This document shows, one piece after another, positions 19,075 through 28,800 of a stretch of DNA of 64,000 nucleotides. The stretch comes from Candidatus Pacearchaeota archaeon (GTDB taxonomy: Archaea > Nanobdellota > Nanobdellia > Pacearchaeales > GW2011-AR1). A model generated the notes under the pieces. The model was not told where the DNA came from, ran no database searches, and worked only from the letters and a program-made list of their open reading frames with translations. Position 1 is the stretch's first letter. Every line of letters starts with the position of its first letter. The translations under genes and the position numbers were made by a program. Location of the stretch: assembly GCA_041651235.1 (NCBI GenBank), contig JBAZJQ010000001.1:302449-366448 (forward strand). Direction: 5' to 3'.

Positions 19075-19981
19075 GATGGAAAGGCAATTGAATCTAGACA
19101 TTCCAGAAAGTGTAGCGGAGTTTGAAACTCTAATTAGAAAAGTTTTGCCTAAAAATATAATGTTCCAAATAATTTATGGGAAAGGATTGGAATTTGATGG
19201 TTATAGGTATTTTTTACCAATTGATGATGCAAGCAATATTGATTGGAAAGCAAGTGTCAGATCTGGTAAAATATTAATTAGAAAATATATCGAAGAAAGG
19301 GATTTTAAAATTATTTTTTTAGTTGATGTAAGTGAAAATATGGTTTTTGGTTCTACTAATAAATTAAAATGTGAATATGCTGCAGAGCTTGTTTCAGCAT
19401 TAGCTCATGTAATCCTTGGTGCGGGAGACAGAGTGGGTTTTTTCTTATTTAATAATGAAATTATAAAAAAAAGAGATCCGGGTTTTGGCAATAGGCAATT
19501 TAGTATTCTTGCTCAAGAATTATCGGATCCTATTAACTATGGGGGGGCTTGGGATTTGAATAAAGCTTTAGAGGAAGTTTTAGGGAGATTAGGAAAAGAT
19601 ACTACTATGGTTTTTATTGTTTCTGATTTTATTCGGTTAAATGATTCTAATAAAATGAATTTAAAGGGTTTAGCCTCTTTATTTGAGACAATTGCTTTAA
19701 TAATCAGAGACCCTTTAGATATTTCTTTTCCAGATATTAATAAAGAAATCGTTTTAGAAAACCCCGAATCAAGAGACCGAATTGTTGTAAATCCTCATGT
19801 AATTAAATATGCATATCAAATTCAAGCTATCGAACAATTAAATAAAACCAAAAATATTTTTAGAGATGCAAATATAGATTTTGCTGAATTTAAAACTAAT
19901 GTCCCATTTTCGTTAGATTTAGCTAATTTTTTAAAAGAAAGATCACAAAGGAGAGTTTATAAGAAAAATGATGTACATTAG
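19058..19981 (+). CDS. DUF58-family protein (MoxR partner, vWA-like)
   Basis: IDWKASVRSGKILIRKYIEERD and FLVDVSENMVFGS signatures. The real start may be the ATG at 19076, just after the MoxR stop. Confidence 0.85.
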   Translation: MKLKSKMERQLNLDIPESVAEFETLIRKVLPKNIMFQIIYGKGLEFDGYRYFLPIDDASNIDWKASVRSGKILIRKYIEERDFKIIFLVDVSENMVFGSTNKLKCEYAAELVSALAHVILGAGDRVGFFLFNNEIIKKRDPGFGNRQFSILAQELSDPINYGGAWDLNKALEEVLGRLGKDTTMVFIVSDFIRLNDSNKMNLKGLASLFETIALIIRDPLDISFPDINKEIVLENPESRDRIVVNPHVIKYAYQIQAIEQLNKTKNIFRDANIDFAEFKTNVPFSLDLANFLKERSQRRVYKKNDVH

Positions 19982-20888
19982 TTTTACGCATCCATTTTAT
20001 TTAATATTCTTATTTAGCATACCTCTGATTATCTTTTTACATTTTTTTAGTCTTAAAGCTATACGGGGTAATGCATTAAAATTTGCTAATTTTGAGGCCA
20101 TTGCAAGAGTAAAAGGAATAGATATTTTTTCTAAAAATATTTTCTTGTTATTTTTTGATATTCTCCTAGTAGTTCTGTTAGTCTTATCTCTTTCTGGGAT
20201 TAATTTACATAAAGAGGTAGATGCGAGTTCATTTTCATTTGTTATTGCTATTGATTCTTCACAGAGTATGAGTGCAAATGATATCTTACCTACTCGAATA
20301 GATGCTGCAAAAGAAACTGCAAAAACTTTCATAGATTCTTCCCCGTATGATTCTTCTATAGGGATTATTTCTTTTTCAGGAACTTCTAGTTTAGAACAGC
20401 AGATTACTAACAACAAACAGCTTCTTAAAACTGCAATTGATAATATCCAGCTAAGCAATACCGGAGGAACAGATATTTATGATGCAATTCTTTTTTCTTC
20501 AACTTTACTAACAAATGAGAAAAATAAAGGGGTTATTATTTTAAGTGATGGACAGATTAATACCGGAAATGTTTATGATGCAATTGAATATGCTAAAGAA
20601 AAAAATATCCTAGTTCATACAATTGCAATCGGAACTTTGGAAGGAGGAGAGACAATTTATGGTTTATCTAAAGTTGATGAAGAAAGTTTAAAGAGCATTT
20701 CTTATAACACCGGAGGAAAATTTTTTAGTGTTCAAAACAAAGCAGAATTAGAACAATCTTTTAAAGATATCATACAAGTAACTAGGAAAGTCGGAACAAT
20801 AGAATTAAATTTGTATATCCTTATGCTTTTAATTGTCTTATTTATTTTCAGAGGAATTTTAATAAGTATGAATAAAATTTTGTGGTAA
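19968..20888 (+). CDS. membrane-anchored von Willebrand factor A domain protein (BatA-like)
   Basis: Two N-terminal TMs, MIDAS DSSQSMS, GGTDIYDA, ILSDGQIN, C-terminal TM. Confidence 0.85.
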   Translation: MMYISFTHPFYLIFLFSIPLIIFLHFFSLKAIRGNALKFANFEAIARVKGIDIFSKNIFLLFFDILLVVLLVLSLSGINLHKEVDASSFSFVIAIDSSQSMSANDILPTRIDAAKETAKTFIDSSPYDSSIGIISFSGTSSLEQQITNNKQLLKTAIDNIQLSNTGGTDIYDAILFSSTLLTNEKNKGVIILSDGQINTGNVYDAIEYAKEKNILVHTIAIGTLEGGETIYGLSKVDEESLKSISYNTGGKFFSVQNKAELEQSFKDIIQVTRKVGTIELNLYILMLLIVLFIFRGILISMNKILW

Positions 20889-21003
20889 ATTTATTGATAA
20901 AAGATTAAGACATAAGGGGAGCATATGAAGAGATCAAGGTGCGTTGGATTCTTAAAGGATATTTTAATGAACAAAATATTTATTGTTTACTCGGGATTAT
21001 ATT

Positions 21004-21432
21004 TTAATCAATTTCTTTATCAACTAGTTCTCTTAATTCTCTAATTATCTCATTAATTTCCTCGGCACTTATTTCTCTTCCTGAATATCTTATATCTGAC
21101 ATTAATTTACTGAAACCCGCAAAATCTATTTTATTTTGTTTTTCAAATTCTTCTGCAAGCTCTAAATAAGTTAGATTATACCCTAAATGATAATACTCTC
21201 TAAAAAACACTCTCATTAGCTTGTTAAGTTTCTCAAATTTTATTTCTGGATTTTCATTTGCAGTTTCTATTTCTTCTAGTTGTTTTTTATAGAATTTGAG
21301 TTTATTTTTTTCAAAAGATAGTTTTTGGTAAAGTTTCTTGTTTTTGGAATAAAAAAACCATGCAATTGCAATTAATATTATTAAGACTAATGCAAGCGGG
21401 ATTAGAATCTCTAGAGGAATAATCAATGCCAT
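21004..21432 (-). CDS. single-pass membrane protein, possibly DUF4381-like Bat-module accessory
   Basis: N-terminal TM, then a helical domain (LNKLMRVFFREYYHLGYNLTYLELAEEF). Placed convergently next to the MoxR/DUF58/vWA genes. Family assignment is tentative. Confidence 0.45.
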   Translation of the reverse strand: MALIIPLEILIPLALVLIILIAIAWFFYSKNKKLYQKLSFEKNKLKFYKKQLEEIETANENPEIKFEKLNKLMRVFFREYYHLGYNLTYLELAEEFEKQNKIDFAGFSKLMSDIRYSGREISAEEINEIIRELRELVDKEID

Positions 21433-21507
21433 GTTAAGGAGTAGTGTTAAGATTTTAAAAAAGTATCTGTTGATTAGTTATTTAAAGAATAGATCCCTTT
21501 AGATTTT

Positions 21508-22440
21508 ATGGAAAAAAGAGGACAGACCAGTGTTTTAACAATTATTTTAATAGTGCTTATTTCTATAACTGCAGTGATAATTCTTTGGAATGTAGTTTCT
21601 TCTATACTTCAAGATAAAACTGCCCAGATTGATTCTTCGGTTTTAACTAATAACTTAGGTATTAAAGAAATTGATTTATTTGTAACTGGGCTTTTAAAAA
21701 TCACTCTTCAAAATACCGGTAAGGGAGAGATTAATGAATTAAAATTTGTTTTTTATGATATCTATGGCAGGAGTCATATAGAAAATAGAACCGATTCTTT
21801 AAAAGAATTAGAAACAAAAGCTTATTCTTTTAATCCTATTCCCAACTTTGGTAAACTACAAAAAATTTCTGTTTATCCGGTTTCAAATAATAATCTTGGA
21901 GTAGAAGTTAGCAGCGAGGCTAAAGGTATATTTAATGTCCCAAAAGATTTAATTTCCTGGTGGAGATTTGAAGATGCAAATGATTTTGTAGGGAATAATG
22001 AGGGGCAATTGATGGGAGTCATTGCTAATGGCGAGCTATCCGGAGCAGGTTATTTTGAGGTTCAGAATAATTTAAATTTAAATAAAGAAATGGCAATTAG
22101 TTTTTTTATCTCCCCTTCTGCTAATGGAATTATTTTTGAGAAAGGAGATAATTATCAGGGAGAAATAATTGGAAATAAAATAAGATTTAGCCCCTGGAAT
22201 TTAGAAAGTGAAGAATTGAATTTTAATGACTGGAACCATGTCGTAATAACTATGAATAGTCTTGGAACTTATATTTATATTAATGGAAATTTAGCTGAAA
22301 CTGGAAGTTTAGCAAATTTGATTTTGAATGAAAACTCTTTGAAAATATATGGAATTAATAAAATTGATGAGTTTATGATTTTTAATAGAAGTTTAGTTTC
22401 TTCTGAAGTTTCAAATATTTATAATAATCTTAAGAGATAA
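21508..22440 (+). CDS. type IV pilin-like signal peptide fused to a LamG (concanavalin A-like) domain
   Basis: MEKRGQ-TSVLTIILIVLISITAVIILW (class III signal pattern). C-terminal LamG_3 pattern: LISWWRFEDANDFVGNNEG, WNHVVITMNSLGTYIYINGNL, IDEFMIFNRSLVSSEVSNIY. Confidence 0.75.
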   Translation: MEKRGQTSVLTIILIVLISITAVIILWNVVSSILQDKTAQIDSSVLTNNLGIKEIDLFVTGLLKITLQNTGKGEINELKFVFYDIYGRSHIENRTDSLKELETKAYSFNPIPNFGKLQKISVYPVSNNNLGVEVSSEAKGIFNVPKDLISWWRFEDANDFVGNNEGQLMGVIANGELSGAGYFEVQNNLNLNKEMAISFFISPSANGIIFEKGDNYQGEIIGNKIRFSPWNLESEELNFNDWNHVVITMNSLGTYIYINGNLAETGSLANLILNENSLKIYGINKIDEFMIFNRSLVSSEVSNIYNNLKR

Positions 22441-22578
22441 ATTTGAATTTTATTTATTAGTTTTTATTAATCGATTTTATTTGAATGAGTTATACACACA
22501 TACTAAGTATTATATACTTAGTTTATAGTAAGCTTTATAAGGTATATTTACATACATATTAAGTAATAAAATTATTAC

Positions 22579-22802
22579 TGTGTGTGAGACTTAAAAGTGG
22601 TGAGTGAAAATTGTAGTTAGAAATACTAATCAGAGAAGCTTAGAGAAAAATTTAATTGAAATTCTTAATCATAATTATTTTTGTTTTAAATTCCGGGACA
22701 GGTCAGTCTCACACACAATCCCTGCTTGGCCTGTCCTTTTTTCATTTTTATTTAAATTCTCCGGGGGGCCAGTCTCACACACACAATCACTTGGCTCCCT
22801 GG
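22579..22802 (+). promoter_or_regulatory. structured leader / candidate ncRNA: two tandem GC-rich hairpins plus an upstream complement of their loops
   Basis: Hairpin 1 is GGACAGGTC (22696-22704) / GGCCTGTCC (22728-22736). Hairpin 2 is CCGGGGGGCC (22761-22770) / GGCTCCCTGG (22793-22802). Both loops begin AGTCTCACACACA. TGTGTGTGAGACT at 22579-22591 is their exact complement. Confidence 0.55.
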
Positions 22803-22812
22803 TTTTTGTAAA

Positions 22813-25800
22813 ATGAATGAAAAAATAAGAAAACTAGAAGAGAGAAAACTGAAATTATTAAAAAATATAGACTATACTAAAAAGAAAAAGCAAGAGATAA
22901 TTGATTTTACTCAGAAGCTAGTTGGCGAATATATAAAGGGAAGAATTTCAAGAGCTCAATACGAGTCTCAGTTGAGCAAAACATTGAATAATAAGACTCC
23001 TGAACAGTGGGTTAGGTATTATGAGGAATACATAGAAAGTTATGAAAAACAAATTGATATTTGTGACAAAGAAATTAAAAAAGAAAAATCAAGAAGAATA
23101 AACAATAAAACTGTTTCTGTTTTGCTTATTGGAATTGTTTTAGTTTCTTTGATATTATTTATTTTTTCAAGTTATTTTTTTGGACCTGCAATTATAAATA
23201 AATTTTCAGGAATTTCTCAAGGAACCCAGACTAGTTTAAGCCAGGCTCAAAATGAAATTCAAACTCCGGAACTTCTTCCTGAACAAGCTATTCCAGCGGA
23301 GGAACTTGCTTTAACAGGAGTTTTCATGAATGGGCAAGATATTTCTTCTTCTGTAAAACAATTTCCAGCTGTTGCAGGAATGCCAGTAAGGTGGAAAGCA
23401 AAAGTTGATTTAAATGAAAATAGTGCTTTAGTTCTTCCAAATGAAGCAGAAAATATTGTTGTAAAAGAAAATGGAAAAGAAGTTACAAATGAAATCTCTG
23501 TTGATAAAAAGAGTTTTTTAGGTATTTTTAATAAAAGAACGGAAGTTTCTGTTACAGATTCAGATAATTATGAAATTAATTACGAAACTCCTGCACCTCA
23601 AATTAGCGCAGAGAATTTCGAAAATCGAGGAGCAATTAAAATTAGCGGACCGGATAATTTAGGATATACTAATGTTTTAAGTTATGTGGAAATTCCCGGA
23701 CAATTAAAAATGTCTGAAATTAATAAATTAAAGTTTTATTGGATTAAAAATGGAATAAGAACAGAACATAAATATGTCGCTTATGATTTAAATGAAGATG
23801 GATTTGTAGATACTATTGAATGGATAACTCCTCATTTGTCTGAACAAACCTTTGAGTGGATAATTGAAATTTCCAATGCAGAACATTTAGATTCTAATAA
23901 AGAATTTATTTCAGATATTTATGAGCAAGTTAAAGAACAAGATGATATTTGGAGCGAGCAAATAAATAATAATGAATATGTTAGAGTTAGATTCAGGCAA
24001 GCGTTAGATAACACAAGAGATATTACTATTTATGCAAGGAAAACAGGTTCAGATGAATCTGAAAAATCAACAATTGAAGTTTATAGTGAAAATGGAAATA
24101 ATTTAATTGCAAGATTTGAAAATATTAATCAAGAAAATTGGTATAAAATTTATTTAAATAATTTACCTGGGGGAGAAAGTTATGATGTTTTTGATTTGAA
24201 GATAATTGGAAATGTAGAATTTGATTATATTGTTGATCCGATTGTTATCCCTTCATATTCTGAACAATTAATTTCTGAAGGAAATTTTTATCATTTAAAT
24301 ATTTCAAATTCTGCTCCTTATAACCAATTATATCTTTACCATAATTTTGATGTTGATGGAACGAATATTCCTTCTTGGGATAACAAAGGAACTCCTGATA
24401 GCACCTTCGGTGCAGTTTATAACTCTTCGGGCCTATATGGGGGGGCGAGAACATTTAATGGAAACACTTATTTGAGCAATTTACGTACTGAATTACAGTT
24501 TAGTAATCCTGGGCAATATACCTGGATGATGTGGATTAAAAGAAGTTCTTTAACAAATAAAGAGGCGCTATTTAATTTTGCATTTTCAAGAGCATGGGAT
24601 GCTGGAGGAAGTATTACTATCGGTTCTGTTTTAGAAGATGATAAACTTTATTTTAATAATTTATACGGGGGAGATTATATTCGTTCAAGTGGAACAATTG
24701 AGGGTGGTTGGACTCATGTGGCTGTTAGTTATAATAATGGAGCAATTGCACTTTATATTAATGGTAATCAAGACGGGAGTGGGACTTTAAACTGTATGGG
24801 TAGTGAAGGTTATGATTTAAATATTGGAGGAGATAGTTTCGGCGCCTTAGATTATAATGCAAATGAAGGAATTTATTTTAAAGGGGAGATGGATGAAGTT
24901 ATGGTTTTTAGAAGCGCATTAACTTCTACTCAAATCTCTGATATTTACAAAAACCAAAGCAATAGATTTATTATTTCAGGAAGCCAAAATTTTGGTAACC
25001 AAAGTCTTTTAAATATTTCTGGTTCTCCAATCAGTGTTCTGGGAGATTATAAAAATATTTCCAGTTATATTAACTTAAGTGTAGGATATTATACTGGCCA
25101 ATGGTATTCTACAAATACTCAAGTCTTTAATGGAGATAATTTATTTGATACTCATCCTCTTTCAACTAATTTAACTTTAAACTTTACATTTTATTCTGGG
25201 AGTAATAACGGAAACTATAATTTTTATTCTCCTATTTTATTTTCTGATGTGGATGTTAGTAAGGGGAGCGTAGATACTACTCCTCCTGCAATTAATTTTA
25301 CGTATCCTACTCCTGCAAATGCTTCTAAAATTTATGCTGATAATTTTGTTGTTAATGTAAGTGCAAGTGATGTTGGAAAAGGAGATAATAATATTTCTAC
25401 ATTTATTGATTTTAACAGAAGTTTAGTTGGTTGGTGGAGAATGGATGATGTTAATGGAAATATTGTTTATGACAATTCAAATTATGGAAATGATCTGAGT
25501 GTGAGAAATGGTGCTTATCAAACAAATGGATTTTTAGGAAATGGATTTGGATTTGATGGAGTAGATGATGTTTTGGTGAATAATTCTAAAATTAATGGAC
25601 TTGCTATCGGGGGGGGAAATGCAACTATTTCTGTTTATGCAAAAATAAATCAAGATTATGATGTTTTCAAAGGAATTTTTGAATATGGTAGGGCGAGTGG
25701 AGATTCTTATGGAATTTGGAGAAATGCTTCAGATACATTTCATTGCAGATTTGGGTATGGGGGAGCTGCTAATTGGCAAGATACTATAGATAGTGTTCAG

Positions 25801-28800
25801 ATGTTTTATCCTAATCAATGGTATCATATATTGTGTACTATGCAGGACATTGGAAATGGAAATTTTGAATATAAAATTTATATTAATGGAAAATTGGATA
25901 ATACTAAAGTCAGAATTCCTAATAGTTGGATATCTCTTGAAAAATCCTTAGCTATTGGTGCCTATGGTTATGGTGATGGAGAGCTTTTTAATGGAACAAT
26001 AGATGAAGTAATGATTTTTAAGAGAGTATTAAATGAAAATGAAATTAAAACTCTTTATGCAAATTATACTGCTAAAAACTTAAGTGTTAGTTTTAATAAT
26101 TTGAAAATTGGGAATAATTATACCTTTAAAGCATATTCTCAAGATATTAAAGGAAATGTTAATTTAACTGAAAAAAGAGAAGTTGAAATTTCTGCTCCTG
26201 GAGATTTAATTGCAGATTGCAGTGGAACAGACCCTTACACAAATCAAGATTGGATTATTAAAGATAATACTCTTTGCGAGAATGTTAATATTAAATTATC
26301 TCAAGATAGGATACTCGCAATGTATGAGGGAGGAAATCTTACTCTAAAAAATGTTAGTTTGACTTTGGATCCGAGTTCAGATAAATTTTTGATTTATGTC
26401 GAGGATAATTCTAAAATAAATATAACTAATTCTAAGATTAATTCAACTGGAAATCGTTATGCGATTCGTGCAAATAATAATAGTAATACTTATATCTCTG
26501 ATTCTATTTTTTATGATATGGGAGCATCTAATGCTCAACCATACCAAGGGGTTATAAATGCCTATGATAATGTTTATGTTCTTATAAAAAATAACTCCTT
26601 TTTTAATATCGGAGGCATTTTTAAATATTCAGGAGCATTAACAGGACCTACCCAGAGAATCTTTCTTTATAATAATCAAGTTATTAATTATAGTTCTGAT
26701 TGTATCCGAAGTTATTATGGAAAAGGGATTGTTGTAGAAAATTTATCTTGTTATAATGGGGCATTATATGGTTCGGGAATTAGACTTCAATATTATAATT
26801 CTAATTTAACTTTTAAAAACATAAATATCACTAATATTATTGATGACGGGATTGTTATTTTAGATGGGGCAGATAATTTAAGTTTTGAGAATATTAACTT
26901 AATTAATGTAAGTGATCTGAGACATCAAGGATACCATGGTTCAGGGGTTAATCTTTATCAAAATACCGGAAATATAACTGATATTTTATTTAAGAATATC
27001 TTTTCTACTGTAAATGATATAACTTCGGAAGACGGCATTGATGAAGCAGTTCAAATAGGTAATGGGGGTGTAGGGAAAATTCTTAATGTTACTTTTATTG
27101 GCTGTAATTTTTCTTCTGTAGGAAGTTATCCTGTTGGGGTAAATGCCAAAGATTCTTATATTAATTTCATAAATACTAGCCTTAACAGTGATTTAGGAAA
27201 TAAGTTTAGTTATGAATCAACATCTAAAAATGTTACAATTAATGTTAAATGGTATTATTGGGGATATGCTAAAGATGAAATTGGTTTTCCGGTTCAAGGA
27301 GTGAATATTTCAGCCTTTAATAAATCTAATAATTTACAATTTAGTAGTTTAACTAATGGAAACGGATTAGTTAACAAAGAATTAATTGATTTTATAGATT
27401 TTGTAAACGGGTCTGGATCTCAAAATAGAAGTTATTATTCAAATTATACTATTAATGCAAGTTATCTGGATTATCCTAATAAAACTATTTCTCATAATAT
27501 GACTTATGAACATAATGTCTATGACGAATTTGTGTTTTTAATTCCAGATAGACATGCTCCTGCAATTAATTTTACTTATCCTACTCCTGCAAATAATTCT
27601 ATTGTTTACACAGATAATTTTGTTGTTAATGTAAGTGCAAGTGATATTGGAAGAGGAGACAATAATATTTCTACATTTATTGATTTTAACAGAAGTTTGG
27701 TTGGTTGGTGGAGAATGGATGATTTTTGTGTTGTTTGTGGGAAGAATGGTAGAGGAGATTATCTTTCTTACTGGAAATTGGATGATAGTTTTTCAGATGG
27801 AGTTGCAAATGATGAGAAAGGAATTAATAACGGAAAAATTTATGGAGCTACCCAAATTATTGACCCTCAAAGAGGAGAAGTTGCAAGATTTGATGCAAGT
27901 GCTTCTAATTATATTAATGTGGGTAATAATTCAAATTTAGAGATTAGTAATGCGATTAGTATCTCTGGTTGGATTAAATTAGAAGGAACTGCAGTTACTC
28001 AAAGGCTTGTTTCTAAAAAAGTTAGTTCTGGGGCTCAAACTGGGTTTGAAGTTGAAATTTATACTTATAGTTTTGACCCTCGTTTAAGATTCTATGCTCA
28101 GGGAAATACTTACGCAAATGCTTACTATAATTGGAATTCCAATCCGGGATGGCATCATATTGTTGCTGTTGCTAATGGTAATGAAGGGAGATTGTATGTT
28201 GATGGAGTGGATAGAACAACAGATAGTACTATAGATCCTATTTTATCTAATAATCTAAATTTAACTATTGGAAGACAAAGTGGTACTGGTGCAGCTCCTT
28301 TTGAGGGATTAATGGATGATATCAGAATCTATGATTTTGCACTAACTCCGGGAGAAGTTTTAGAGATTTATAATTCAGAATCTAACTGCGATCCGGGTTT
28401 TTGTGATTATTCTGATTATGGAACTAATTGCTTAGTTGTTGGAGGAGCAACTCAAACAAGTGGAAAAATAGGAAAGGCACTTAATTTCCCCTTGAATAGT
28501 TTTTTGAATTGTACTAATGATTTAGACTTTAATATTACTAAGGAGATTACTCTTTCTTTGTGGGTTAATGCCCCTTCTCTCCCAGCAGACAACCAGGAAA
28601 TTTCAATATTAAGAAATGAAGAATCAGGGTATAATTTAATTATTGGAAATGAAGAAGTTGATGGAATTATTGCTCCAATTAGATTTGAGATAAGAAATGC
28701 ATCAAGTGGAACAAATCAATATCAAAAAATATATAGTAATTCTGATATCTCACCCAATACTTGGTATAATGTAATCGCAACTTACGATGGAAATTTAATG

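Noticed and set aside
22502-22579. Two AT-rich palindromes in the same leader: ACTAAGTAT-tat-ATACTTAGT at 22502-22522 and AGTAATAA-aa-TTATTACT at 22562-22579
   Set aside because: They are real perfect palindromes, but short AT-rich palindromes are frequent in this composition. I mention them only as context for the GC-rich hairpins rather than as independent features.
22604-22816. 70-aa ORF from the track (GTG start) covering the hairpin leader and ending in an ATGA overlap with the giant gene
   Set aside because: Its only distinctive content (two VSHT repeats) is the translation of the duplicated hairpin loops. It has a GTG start, no upstream signal, and a composition driven by GC-rich stems that pair perfectly. 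A structured non-coding reading explains the data better. It is kept as an explicit refutation test in the findings.
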